From Vitrella brassicaformis CCMP3155 (lineage: Eukaryota; Protista; Chromerida), in contig CDMY01000520.1 of NCBI GenBank assembly GCA_001179505.1, positions 124,001 to 188,000 on the forward strand: a stretch of 64,000 bases of DNA, in the 5' to 3' direction. A program made the position numbers and the translations under genes. This document shows, piece after piece, positions 47,084 through 59,860 of the stretch; the stretch's first letter is position 1, and every line of letters begins with the position of its first letter. The notes below the pieces were generated by a model. That model saw nothing but the letters and a program-made list of their open reading frames with translations, made no database searches and was not told the origin of the DNA.

Positions 47084-47135
47084 TCTATGCAGGGGGATAA
47101 CACAGGTGCCTTGCTGATCAATCCCCCTGCATAGA
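47084..47135. other. Perfect 15-bp inverted repeat with a 22-nt loop
   Basis: tctatgcagggggat (47084-47098) and atccccctgcataga (47121-47135). Confidence 0.85.
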
Positions 47136-47614
47136 TTTGCACACAAGAGACACTCGAGACATAACAGCACGGACAGCAACGAAGAGGAGTACAAGATATG
47201 TCTCAATCAGCTGTCATGCAAACGAATGGCACACGACACGCGTGGCCGTGACGCCACTTCTTCGGCTGCCCTTTCTTCCCTTCGTATGGGCAGACGCTGT
47301 AATTCGCAGAACAAATCTGGATTGCGCATCAATGAAGGCAGATGAAGAAAGGAGGGATCAGGGAGACCAGGGAAAGCAGAACGTGGCACTGCGACGAGAG
47401 GACGTTTACTTTCGTGTTAGCCAGAGCTGATGTGTAAGAACAAGCACTGGAGTCTGTCTGTGTCAAAAATAGGTAGTCAAAAACGAGCAAGCCAATAAAT
47501 GACGACGCTACTGTCTTAAGACAGCAGCTTGAAAGGGCCGTCGACTAATTACACAAGACCAAACAGCACATCCACAAGCGAAGAGCCGACCAGCCGCTAT
47601 AGGTCTGCGCAATC

Positions 47615-47684
47615 AACACACACACACACACACAAACACACACAAACACACACAAACACACACAAACACACACAAACACACACA

Positions 47685-47718
<34 letters not shown>
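47615..47718. repeat. (CA)n / (CAAACACACA)n compound microsatellite
   Basis: Direct reading. Confidence 0.9.
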
Positions 47719-47964
47719 AAGGCGAGTTTTGTGGCTCTCCGCCTCATCTTGCAGAGTGTTTGTGCGACCTGCGGCCGCAGTGCGACTCGACAATGAGATG
47801 CATCGACAATGTAGCCCTTAAACCCGAACCCAATCCGCAACGGTCGACCTTTCAGCCTAACTTTCACTGCATCATAGTTCGGTGCGTTGCCTTGCGTCCG
47901 TCTCACGGCATGCACCATTCAGTTCTCGATGTGCCCATGATTTGCTGTTTGGTTGTGCGGTAGA

Positions 47965-48930
47965 TCATGCATGTGTGATGACTCTGCCGGTCTGCGCGTC
48001 GACCGGCCCGCTCACACCGGACAACACGGGCCTGCAGACATTCAAAGACAACCACATACATCAATGCACAGACATTTCCCTCCGCTTGTCTCACTGACTT
48101 GGTTGGAGCAAGTTTGGGCAGTGCGGTCACTGCAGGGGCTGTCGGTCGTCTCGCCGTCTCAGCCTCTGTCGGCCACTGGCACACACAGATATGCACGGCA
48201 CATGAAGACAGACAGCTCATCTGTGGGTGTGAATATTGACCTCGAGGTGACATTTGGCAGCGAAGATGGCTTTGGTCTCAGGGTCAAACGATGAGAAATC
48301 TGCGACAGATCACAAGCTGTGTTGTGCCTGTAGATCAGTTGGCTGGCTGACTGACTGACCCATTGCCGGCGGGCAGATGCCTCTGTAATTTGACGGGGCG
48401 ATGCACAGATTCCCTCCCACGTTGGTCCATGTGTGTGGACACGTGGCCGTCCAATCGCGGCGGGGAGACGACACGCACGACCACTCTGCTCGACTGCACA
48501 TATACAGACACAGACGATGCGCTGCTCTCGTCTCGATATGTGTGTGTACGTGCTTGTGGCTACCATTTCCATGCGAATGTCTCCTTTTCGATTGGTGTGG
48601 CTGCGGTGAGGTTGGTGGCGCGGCAGAAGCCGTCGTAGCCGTCCGGCGGAGAACACACGCCGCCCTCATCCGTCCACTGCAGAGGGCAAGTGGGCGAATA
48701 ATCTGCAAGGCAAGGCAGACAGACAGAAACACAGACAGTCAGTGTAGCATGAGTGGTGAGATGTGGCTGACAGAGAGTCCGGCCGACCTCGTCTGCACTG
48801 TCCGATGAACCAATATTTGTTGAGGAGCTGGGCGGCGAGTTGCTGTGCGCGTGAGTCGGCCTCCTCCTTGACAAACTCCTCTGTGCGCTGCGAACGGGCA
48901 TACGACACACCCTGATTAATGAACATGACA

Positions 48931-48961
<31 letters not shown>

Positions 48962-50567
48962 GGGAGACATAAAGTCGGTCCGTGTGCTCGACTCTCTCTG
49001 TGTGTGCAAGTGTACGTCTTGTGCGAGTGTGGCGAGCTCGTTTGCGCTGGGTCCTGTCAGCTGCAGGCCCGGCAGTCCAGGCACAGGCACCTTTGGAATT
49101 GGGATGGGCGGGATGAGGCCGAGGATCTTGGAGAGGAAGCCGGTGATCGTCTGCATCGCTTTCCCAAAGCCCTCTGGTGCTGCCGGCGGGGCCTGCCCGA
49201 CAGACATGAATCGCATACTGGTGGGCAGCGGCTTGGCGGTCAGCAGCTCGGCAGCGTGATGTGATGGAGCAGCTGTCGGCGGCTGCTCGCGTGCCGGTGG
49301 TGGCTGTGTGCGTGTGGGCGTGGCAGGGGCTCTGATGTGTGGAAAGCCAGGCCAGCCGGGCAGCGCCTCTGGCGACGCCATCAATCTGTGTGCATGAATT
49401 AGTAACGGTCCTTTGCGTTGTCGTTCTGCGTCGATGGTCGTGAGCTACCTTGGGGAGTTGCAGGCCATCAGTGAGTGCGGACGGCATGCCTGGGACGTAG
49501 ATGACGGTGGCAGGTAGCTCATGCGACGGCCGAGCGACCAAGGCTGCATCCACACGCAACAAGACGGAGACATGCGTAGTTGTGTTTGTGTCATTGAACT
49601 TTGTGATGCCCACTTGTGAGGGGCAGAACAGAACTGAACGAAGGACAAGAGAGGAATGACATACAATATCATGTGTGACGTGTTTATTGTATCGGCTCTC
49701 TCTTGTGTTTGCCGTGTCTCTGTCCCACCCGAGTGCCGTTTCTTGGAACGGTGATGACTTGTACTCCAACTGTGCCTCTTTGGCGCCCGCGTGGATCGGG
49801 ATGGCGCTGCCGGGCATCATCATGGCAACCTGACATACATGATCGCAGTAAGACACACGCACACACGCAGACACAGCAGCCCGAGACTTACAGGCCGTGC
49901 GTCGGTGAGGAGGGCCTCCTTCGGCTGCGCCCTTCGTATCTCCTCGGTCGGGAAGATCGCCCTCTTCGGTCCTCCTTTGGGCGCCGGTCGCTCGACTGCT
50001 CCAGAGACCTCCCTCGGCACTTGCACTCTCTCGGCCAGTGGAGCTGGTGCGGCTGTGAGCGGCGCAGGCGCACGCAGGAAGGGAATGGGCGTGGGCGTGA
50101 CAGCCGGCATTGTCACTGCAGGCGTCGGTGCTATCGTTGCGATCCGGGATGCTTCAGCCAATAACTGTCAAGAGACATGCATCTATGAGTCATCCATCTG
50201 CTGATGTGTTTTTCAGTGCCCACCTTGGCCGTCTCGGCTATTTGGAATGCCTGTGCTTTGGCAGCTGCTTCCTTGGCCAGTCGGATCCTTGCGGCCCGGC
50301 GTCGGCGCTCGGCGATGACGAGCAAAGGGGGCAGTCGACGCACAAAACGACGCTCAAGCACAACATGTCTGCCGCTTGTGGTGCCACCTGCCAGTGATTG
50401 AACAAAGGGAGAGTGATTGATAGATTGATTGATTAATGTTGGTTATGATAGTGGTTGTCACCTGTGGGTGAGGGTCTGGCCGTCGTGTCTCTCTTGGGCT
50501 GAGCGGTCACACAGCACACCAGAGCCACAAGCACACAGATCATCACACGAGTGTCGCTGAGCGGCAT
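47965..50567 (-). CDS. CPW-WPC domain family secreted/surface protein
   Basis: Signal-like MICVLVALVCCVTAQP. Repeats DYSPTCPLQWTDEGGVCSPPDGYDGFC...KETFAWK and DWTATCPHTWTNVGGNLCIAPSNYRGIC...KAIFAAKCHLE|WP. C-terminal SGPVDAQTGRVI is typical of the family. Confidence 0.85.
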
Positions 50568-50953
50568 GTTCTCAGGCAATGTCGATAGCTGCAGGGGTTT
50601 GATTGACGTCCGATATGTATCGATGTCCGTTGATTCTGTCTAGGGTATCGATCGACAACCATACACATTCATACACAGTCCACTCATTCGAGCCGTGCAG
50701 CTAGCAGGTGCAGTCTGACTGACTGATTCAACGAGAAACCATCAATCTCAGAATGTATCAGTGTATGAAGGATTTCGGCACGTGTGTGTGCACTTCCTGG
50801 CCAGAAACGAAACTCGACTGTCAAGCCAACCACAAGAAAATCAGAGCGGGAGGAAACAGTGAATGGCAGACCCATATAGAAACATGAGCACACAGAAACT
50901 GTCCTCTCACTGCCAAAAAACCTGATTCGTGACATTCAATCCCATCACATGTG

Positions 50954-53900
50954 TCAGTATTCATCGAAAGGAGGCGGCGAGCTCGACTGTGGTGGACTGC
51001 ACCACGCCATTGACGGCGTGTGGTGCTGCCCGCCCCGGCCATTCAGTGCACAGAGCATTCCGAATCCGTCGGGCGAGCCATCCCCTGCCGTCCTCTGCCG
51101 CATTCCGTTCGTCCGCACAGGGGGTGCTCTGTTTGGCGATGGCGGCACAACTGAAGGACTGTGTGTGTCGACTGGCAGCAACAACGAGCAGGGCGATGGC
51201 GGCATGGCGAATGAGGGGTGCGGATGCTGGACCATTTGTGGCGAGGTGGGTGGAGAGAAGAAATGATCGGACGGCGGAGAGAGGTATGCATCTGGAGCCA
51301 TGCTGCACGTCATCTTCTTCTGGGCATCTGAACGAAGCAGCAAGAATGAGCCAGGACTTGTGTTTGTGGGGTCGGGAAGATACTTGCGATTTGTGAAGCG
51401 ATGTATGGTGTGATGGGCAGATGGAGATCCTTGGCCGCCCTCACCACATCGTCCACCCGTCCCGCCTGGTCCTGATGCATACAAAGCACAATCAAAGCTG
51501 GTGCACCTATCTGTCGTCCGGCGTGTCTCCCTGACTGACCGATTCTGCCAGGCCTTTGACAACGAGAGTGATGGTGCTGAGGTTGGGCGGGCACAGACGG
51601 GATCGATTCATGTCCCTGAATATCGCCATTGCGTGGCCCATGTCGCGAGAGCGTACGTACAAGTACACCATCGCGTTCACCGACGCCTACACAGATGACA
51701 AGCCAGCAGCAATATTGATGGCTGTTGTGTGTTTCGGTGGGTTTGGGAGCAAGGACCTGGTTGGGCCTGATGCCCTTGTTGATGGCCATGCGGTACACAG
51801 TGAGAGCTGTCGAGCCGTCACCCACGTCAGCAAAGCCACGGATCAATATGGCGGGCAGCGGACCGACCGGCGGACAATCCAAGCTGCATCGGACAGAAAC
51901 GCATTGACCCGGCTGGGAGGATCGTTCTTGTCCTTGGCTCACTCACCTCTGGAAGAGGCGGAACGCTTGGAGAGGTCGTCCGCCCAGACAGAGTGCGTCC
52001 ATGAGACAGCACAAAGGGTAGGCCACGATGGGCAACCGGCCATCGGCACTGCACCCTCCCTTCAACGCAGCAAACGGAAATGGACCGAGAGATCGGAAAT
52101 AAGATGCCCACAGAGACATAGCCTGATGGCAAAGTCACAGACACCTTTTCCATGCCCTGCCCTGCCTTGAGAGCCAGCGCCCGACCTTGTCAGCTCTTCT
52201 GCCGGGCGGCCATGCCGACAGGCGCCCGAAGCCACGGATAAGATGGCCGTAGTCGGTGACTTCCCATGTGGACAGCGATGATTCATACTCGTTCAAGAAC
52301 TTCTCGAGAGCAGCCTCCTCGTTCATGTGGAGGAAAAAGTCAATGACGGCATTGAACACGGACACAGGCCGCAGAGTCTCGACAGCAATCTGCTGGACGG
52401 ATGGATGCATGGCAGACAAAAAGTAGACAGTCTCTTTGTGCTTTGTACATACGTTATTGACAAGTTTGAGCATGTTGTGTATGTCTTGGGGAGTCGACTC
52501 AGGCGTCATGTGGTCCAGGAGAAGCAGCCACAAAGTTGCGGGAATCTGTGTGGCCACACGGCCAGTAAATACATCGCAGAACGTCGCCTGCTCTCCTTTG
52601 CTTCCTCACTCGCGCAGGCTGTCCTGCAGTCGGCAGCAGCCACTTCCACACCAACGCCAGCTGACCCCAGGCAGCAGCAGCCCGACCAAACAAGACGATG
52701 CACGTCGGCTGAAAGGTAGCAAATCCCTCTTCCCCGTGTCGCGCACAGAAGTCCAGGCAGTCGTCGGCCTTTCGCAAACACGCCATGGCCAGATCGGTAG
52801 TCGTGAGTGAATCCCGTGACATTTCATGACGCATCTTGAGACAAGCACTGCTGTAGCCCTTGACCATTGTTGCGTACAACTTGACACGGCCGCTTATATC
52901 GCCTCCCTGTGCGCCTTCCTCCTGGAAGTAGTCAAACAGCAGCTCTGCGAGCTCGTGATCTCCACAAACTAGAGACTGGTGAAGGACGGATGTCAAGGCC
53001 GCGTCCGCCGACTGAACACGGTAAGAGACAAGGAAGCGAGCACACCGATGAACGAGAGTAACTACTTGTGTCGGCGTTAAGCGTACATACCAGTAGTTTT
53101 TGTCTCTGTATGTAATCCACTACGTCGGGCAGGACGTTGAACAGGGGAATCTTGTCGCCCGCCTTGCTGTAAGTCCGCAGCAAATCCGCGTAGGCTTTCA
53201 ACATGCCACTCCCACCCACGCTGCACATCAAATACGACGGGAGACATACGGTATGCATTTTCGTGCCTGCCATCCATGTTCACCCCTGGAAGAACGTCTC
53301 GGCCAGGCACACATCGCCGCAGCCGGCGGCCGCCTCGAGGAGCAGAGAAGCCTTATCGCTGGACAAGCTCAACGTGTCCTGCAAATGATTCACAGTGACT
53401 GTCTGAGAAAACGAAGTCCGCAGGTGTGCATACAACTGGTATTTTGTGCAACAAGCGGCAGGCCTCGTCATATCTCCCGTGTGCTGCGTGGTCCAAGGCC
53501 ATGGCGACCACGGCATCCACCGACATGCCCGTCACATCCAACAAATGCCTGATTCACCGATACAACAGGCAGGAGGTATGCACGGGGCACGTGTCTCCCT
53601 CTTTTGCTGCGTTTACTTGTCTATGTGGCTCTTCTGTGAGTGTCCGTTGAATTGACTCTCTGCCAATGTCTTGTCCGCTGTATGAGGGTCGGCGGCTGGA
53701 CCAAGAAACCTGTGCAATTTTCCCCCCAAACAATCACGCTTGTCGTTGTTCTCCGCAGTGGTCGGCGACCCGCCTCGATAGCGAGGGCGATGATCGAGGG
53801 CAGGGCCTGACTCTGCATCGGCCTCATCGACAGGACATCCACTGAAAGAGAGAGACAGGATTGACGTATGTCTATTGGAGTGCCGGAGCAGAGCATAGCA

Positions 53901-55273
53901 GTGTCTGCGTACAATGCGAATCCGCGGAACGGGTCCCATGCGAAGTCATGGTCTTCAGCAGGCGGCGACTCTGTCCATTCACCATCAAAGTCATCTCCAG
54001 CAGGATCTGGGCAAGGCACAATGGGCTCAATAGAACAGGGACAATCGCTCGTTGAACGAGCACCAACAGACTTCTCGGCAGCAGCAAGACCAGGCAGCCC
54101 ATTTGTCTCTTCTTCAACGGTGGCAGCCTCTTTGGCAGCTGCCGATGAAAGTGCAGCATCCTTAACTCTGTCCTCCTTCAGTTGTGGTTGAAGAAACAGA
54201 TGTACTGGATCCTCCAGCAGCTTGGCAACAGACTCGGAGACTTCTGGACAAGACAGAGGCATCCCATTATTTTCATCTTCACCATGATTCGACGTCCGTC
54301 CCGCTTCCGTAGCGGGCGGCGTTCCAACAGATGATGCCCAAGAATCTGGTATATCCAACAGCCGCTCAACAGCTTCCACATGTCTCGCTGCCTCGGCATC
54401 AATCTCATCGTGATCGTCTTCTTTATCATCATCCGCACCATCGTCCACCGGTGGGTACGTCGGTGGTGCGAAAGCTGGTGGCGGAGGGATCTCGCCAACG
54501 GTGGACAGGTCAATCTCAACCTCAAATGACCCTAAAGGACCGAGGGGCGCCTCAAGAATCTCAGCGTCTGTCTGCGCGCAGGCCTCCTTCTTCTCCCGAG
54601 GAACATACTTGAACACCTTCCTTGGCACAGCACTGTGTCTCCCTGGAAAACGCCATCGAGTTGCCAGCGGTGAAAAGCCACGACCTCCAGCAGGGGTGTA
54701 CGATCGATGTGTGGCCCCCTGCCATCTTGCCTCAGGCCTGTTCCCCCCGCGACCGCCATCCCTGGTAGGGGACGGCGATCTGAACCGACGAAAGTGGGGG
54801 GGCCGGAAGCCATCCAGCCCTCTCCCGCAGTGGAAACCACGTTGGCGGATCGGAGGGGGATAATAGCTGCCGCCTCGCGGTTGGTGAGCAGCGGAGAAGT
54901 GAAAGCGGCGGTGTCCGGATGAGTGGATGAAGTCATCGTAGAAGGTCACGGGATGGTCTGCGTATCGAGGTGGACACCGAGGGCGGAACATCATGGCAGC
55001 GGACACCGACTGCGTGTCGTCGTCTCGTTTGATGCGGCCCTCCCTCGGTGTGGGCAACAGCCCTTTGCCGTCCTTGATGCTGTCCAGGTCACCGTTGCAA
55101 TCGACTGACTGCCTTCTCGGCAAATCGATGAACAACCGACGCGACGTAGCGGCATTTTCACGAAGGGGCTCGGTGTCAGACGTGGTTGTGGTCTGGGGTG
55201 AGTGCCTGTAGGGCTTTCCTTTCCTCAGACTGTCGCCTACAGGTCGCAGCGTAGTCTGCAGAGGCATGATCAA
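50954..55273 (-). CDS. PPR/helical-repeat protein with a long disordered Arg/Gly/Pro-rich and acidic N-terminal region; the true start lies upstream (about 55300-55480, unresolved)
   Basis: PPR-like exons: YATMVKGYS, VFNAVIDFFL, YGHLIRGFGR, CLMDALCLGGRPLQAFRLFQ, IIRGFADVGDGSTALTVYRMAINKGIRPN, NAMVYLYVRSRDMGHAMAIFRDMNRSRLCPPNLSTITLVVKGLA. A 1.4-kb open exon at 53870-55250 has RGG/RS-like tracts. Confidence 0.65.
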
Positions 55274-55634
55274 TCAAAGTTAAAGGCGTTGATAGTGGCG
55301 GCGAGAGAACAAGGTCGTCATCCGCCTGCAGAGGACCAATGCATGGAACAACCTGAAACACACAAAGAAAATAGCTATAGAGAGGGAGTGCGAGGCTGGA
55401 AGTGCCCAGGTGCATGCGTTTTCGCAGGGGATGTGCATCCTCAGGCTCCCCATTACCAATCATCATATCTCTTCCTGACCCCGGCCATTGCGGGGAAGAC
55501 TCGAGCCCTAAAATCGGAGAGGGGTCCCTTTCCTGCCCTCTTTTCGCCCCTTCAAAGTTTACTGTTTCACCGTCAGCTTTAAAGCTCTCGGACGAGAGAG
55601 TGAGCTGGAAAGCTCCAATCTGCGCGCTGCCAAG

Positions 55635-55654
55635 AGCTCTGCTATAGCAGAGCT
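55635..55654. promoter_or_regulatory. Perfect 20-bp palindrome agctctgctatagcagagct between divergent genes
   Basis: The palindrome is seen directly; its function is inferred only from position. Confidence 0.5.
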
Positions 55655-55676
55655 GCACCCCCGCTCTGCTCCGACG

Positions 55677-56822
55677 ATGCGCATTGGCCTCCTTAGCTTG
55701 GGTGACAGGAATGTGCTGGTACGCGAGAGGCCACACAAACACCCCAGCCCTCCTGCAGAGCACGACCAGGGACGGACATCAGCATCACTGCCGTGCTTTC
55801 CCTTTTGCTGCTGTGTAGGCTCGAGCGTGGGTGCAGCAGCTCAAGAGCGTGCTGGTGACGCGTTTCCAGTCGCATCCGAGGATACAGCTATCTTTCGGGG
55901 AGGGCGTGCCTTCCTCCGTCCCGACAGACGTCCTCCTGCTCCTCCATGACAGGCACACCGACGCACAACCAGATGCTGAGCCACGGCTAGCAGATGGTAC
56001 GTGTACGATGCTCACATGGAGCTCATCTTACACTGTGTGTATCGGTTTGTGTGCCTGGCTGCAGCCGTCTCTCCTGATGCGCTGGCGTTGCACAAGCCTG
56101 TTGTGGTGCTGTTGCTGTACGGCCCGCGCGAGACCGCGGCAGGCGATGAGGCGGCTGCCTGTGACGCCATTACGGGGGCAGAGGTGGCTGAGGTGCTTCG
56201 GGTCAACCTGCGCAAGCCGGAAGGCTGCATCGGGGGCATCCTGCAGATGGACCGGGAGACCGAGGAGAGCATCGATCGCATCGCAAGCCTGCTCGACTCC
56301 CTCGCCCCGCCCCTCGCCAGCAGCCCATTCGGACAGCCATCAGGGCCGTCGGGTGAGCACGACGACCTGATTGAGAAGCAGAGCGACGCCAGCGGCGACA
56401 TCGCCGCGCTCCCATCGCAGCAGACATCGGGCAGGCGTGAATCGACGCAGGACGGGAGGGACAAGGGAGGGAGCGACAAGTGGGTCATCCCGTGGCCTCG
56501 CTTCGCCCTGCTGCCGCCGACGTGCTGCAAGTGGGTCCTCCCGTTTTCCATCGGGCTGAGCACGGGGGTGGTGCTGGTGGGCATTGGCATCGGCATCGTG
56601 TGGTGGCTCGCAGGAGGTGGCACCCCCGTCCACCCCCAGCACGAGCACCCGGTGGGCAGCACGGCGGGCAGCATGAAGGGGCAGAGCGATGCGGGGATAA
56701 TGGCGACCCTGAGGGACGATGCCCTGACGCTCAACGCCCTCATGCTCGACTTCATGGAGCAGCTCAACCGCGACCTCGACGTCATCATTTCGGGCACACG
56801 TGACATTGATGAGGTCATCTAG
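55677..56822 (+). CDS. Hypothetical membrane protein with one TM helix near the C-terminus
   Basis: MRIGLLSLGDRNVL|ARAWVQQLKSVLV...|AVSPDALALHKPVVVLLLYGP...FSIGLSTGVVLVGIGIGIVWWLAGG...DIDEVI*. GT-AG introns are in frame and GC3 is high. Confidence 0.7.
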
Positions 56823-57821
56823 ATGGCTCAGAGAGGGGCTGGCCGTCCGTCATGTGGATGCCCCCAATGCCTAGGTTCCTGTAGGTGTAGAGTAGGGGAG
56901 GGGGGATGGCACGGCGCCGAGAACAGCCGACGAGTGGTTTATTTTCTTAGAGTGTTGTGTTGTGTTGTGTCAGCGAGTTTCGATGGGGATGGTGGTGCAT
57001 GGGATGATGCCATACGTGCGCCTCGTGCCCTGCCCCTCTCACCTTCCTCACCCCCTCAACCCACCCACCCACCCCACCTCACCTCACCTCACCTCACCTG
57101 CCTAGCCAACGCGTGGATGCATGTATCTGCCTTCCGCGCTGCTGTAGTATACTCTCGCTGCCTGCTTGCCCGACTGCCTGCTTGTTTTTTGTCCTTGCTG
57201 CCTTTTAACACAACACCGTCGATGAAGGGCCAGCGGGCGGTGAGTGTGTGTTGTGTGTCGTGCATTTCCGTGGCTGCCAGGCGGCTGACGAACAGAGAGA
57301 CACAGGTCGCCTTTCTTGGTGCTGCTTCATTGCTGCAGTGCACTGTGGTGCAATGCAATCTTGTGTGTGAGAATTTGTACGCCCTGCCCGGCACGAGAGA
57401 GGGAGGCAGAGGCGATCGACGGATGGACGGATGGCTGCCTCTCAGAGGTGGGTGTGTTGTGTATGCTGTATGTGTCTCCATGTGTTTGTAGTGTACACTA
57501 GATAGAGTTGCTGCCTGATCAGTTCATCCATCGGTGTGGGTGTGGTCGACTTGCCGTGACAATTTTTCCATGTGTGTGGTCGTTATGATGGTCATCAAAA
57601 TGCTCGTCGATTAAGAGGTGTATTCAATCATACATCCTTGCAGCGAGTACAGGCCCGGCCACACCGACACAGGACAACACAAAACACAGCGAGTCAAGGC
57701 AGACAACAAGCGACATACATGCACAGATCGACGGTGCCGAGAACATACTCCAAGAATCAAACACAGCACAGCACAGCACAGCAGCATCTGGAGACACAGC
57801 AATCCATTCGCAGCACAGCAA

Positions 57822-59216
57822 TTAACAACAAATGGAGAGATGGATGGCCCGCCAACCTACCAAAATCCATTGCCGACTGACCGACCTATCTTTCTGACTC
57901 AACATCACCTCGGCCGTCTGTCTGTCCTTCTTTCTGTGTTGGTCGCCCCACTCCTTCAGAGCATAGAATCGCCTCCATTCGGCACCAAATTCTGCTTTCA
58001 TCTTGCTGTTGATATCGCGATCCTCATGGCACGTGATCATCCAGGCGAAATCGTAGGGCTCCAGCTGTACCCCCACCACATACCGCTTCACGGCGTAACG
58101 CGCGCTCTCCTGGGAGAGGTACGGCGCGAAGAAAGGCGAGTAGAACACGAGGCCCTTGTTGGCCGCTATCATCTGCTCTTCAATCGCCCTCTCCAGACGG
58201 CGCATGGTTTCCAGTAGGTCGTTGTGCGTGACCGACAGGGCGAAGAGGAAGATGGGCCCGACAGTGAGCAGGTCGACATTGGATGAGGGCGCGGGAACGA
58301 GAAACGAGGGGAACCTCTTGGACGGATGGTAGTGCGATGGATTGAAGCCGTCAGTAAGCCGATGGAGTCTCGTGAGTGCGTCAGCCACCACCTGCTGGCG
58401 ATAGGCGAGGGCCAGCTGCTCTTTCATGCCGTAATCGGACATGTCCTTCCTCCCTGTGGTGACGTCCCTTGTGCTGTCGATGAGTTCTTTGCCGGTCTTG
58501 TGAGCGGTGAGAAGCTGCCAGTAGAGGTCGGGCATGACGATGCAGATGAGGTGGAAGTTGTGCATGCCCAGCTTGTTGATGTAGTACACGTGACCCCTCA
58601 TGCGCGTGCCCTGAATGAACGAACACAGACAGACAGACGGACAGACAGACAGATGAGAGAGAGCCTGCTGGCTGGCTGGTGTCTTCGTTCTCACAGGGTT
58701 GAATTGCATTGCCCATTCCAGCTTGTGCTGCTTGCCGACCTCTTCAAACCTGAAACAATCAAGGACAACCAACCATATCAGCGAACTTGACGCCGCCTCC
58801 CTCCCTCCCTACCTGGTGACGGTGTAGCAGAACACCAGAGGGAATGTGCGCCCCTCATACTGACAGCTCTCCACCACCGAGATGGGTATCGCATACTCGA
58901 GGTCGTCAAGGTGGCGATAGAACTCGCTCGTTATGTCGGCGAACTCCACCTTGGACCGCCCGCAGCTCTGCGTCAAAAGGAAGGGCCGCATCTTCCGGTC
59001 AAAGCCGGCGTTGGGTCGAACCAAGAGGGAGCCGCGGGGGAAGATGTACTCCCTCATTCGTCCCGCCGCCTCCAGGAACAGCTCCAGAGACCCCTTCTTC
59101 GACTGGCTGTCGGAGTTGCTGTCCGAACCGCCCTTGTCTTCACTCGTGGTGACTTTACTGGCAGTTGGAGGTGTGATGTGGCCGAGGAGGCGGCCAGGGA
59201 CCATGGGTGAGGCCAT
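57822..59216 (-). CDS. Hypothetical protein of unknown family
   Basis: Long GC3-rich exons 58808-59216 and about 57900-58612 (GTRMRGHVYYINKLGMHNFHLICIVMPDLYWQLL...HEDRDINSKMKAEFGAEWRRFYALKEWGDQH) linked by a short exon (FEEVGKQHKLEWAMQFNP). Both ends are uncertain. Confidence 0.7.
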
Positions 59217-59709
59217 GGGGAGGTCTCACCAGCCTCGCAGAGGCTCTCGCAGTTGGGGCGGCGAGGCGGGGAGAGGGGAAGCAGAAGGAGGATAACTTGA
59301 CGGGAACAGAAAGCAACGACGATGGACTAATCCTCAAGATGAAGCCAGCGTCACTCTCATCACCCGAAGCAGACAAGTGGAGTGCCCTTCGGGCAGGCGT
59401 ATCCGTAAAGCAGGGGGAAAGTTTAGGCAATCCGTGAAACCGCTCTCGCCAATCGGCTCGGAAACGCCTCATCCTCGCTCGACGGACGCTTCAGCAGCAT
59501 CAGGCAGCGCTCTTCAGGCATGCGCCTCTGTTGCATGCGTGCGCGGCTCGTTGTGTGTGATCAATTAAAGGAAGCCCTTCTGGCTGGTCCTGATTGCGAT
59601 CCATGCATGAACCACCATGAACCACCATGTGACATACGCCATGTGTGCAGGCGGCCAGCCACTCTCTCAATTTGATTGGCTGCGAGCTGGCCCGCGTTTT
59701 CTAACGCTT

Positions 59710-59750
59710 GCGCGATCCAAGCTCGCCGGCCGCAACGGCCGTTCCGCAAC
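59710..59750 (+). promoter_or_regulatory. GCGCGATCCAAGCTCGCCG element followed by GCAACGGCCGTT
   Basis: Identical to the element upstream of the PAN gene (34429-34447, - strand). Confidence 0.7.
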
Positions 59751-59860
59751 GAAGTGTACGAAGCACTGTACAAGAAGAACCTTCCTTCCATTCTGTTCTG
59801 GCTGTACCCGCTCTTCTTTCCTTCCCTTTCAATTCGCACCACTTGTTTCGCGTGAAGACC

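Noticed and set aside
50929-51396. + strand ORF (MAAQLKDCVCRL...)
   Set aside because: Overlaps the last exon of the - strand PPR-like gene, and no supporting downstream exons were found
56012-56818. 268-aa antisense ORF
   Set aside because: Shadow of the + strand membrane-protein exon; Ser/Arg-biased with no motifs
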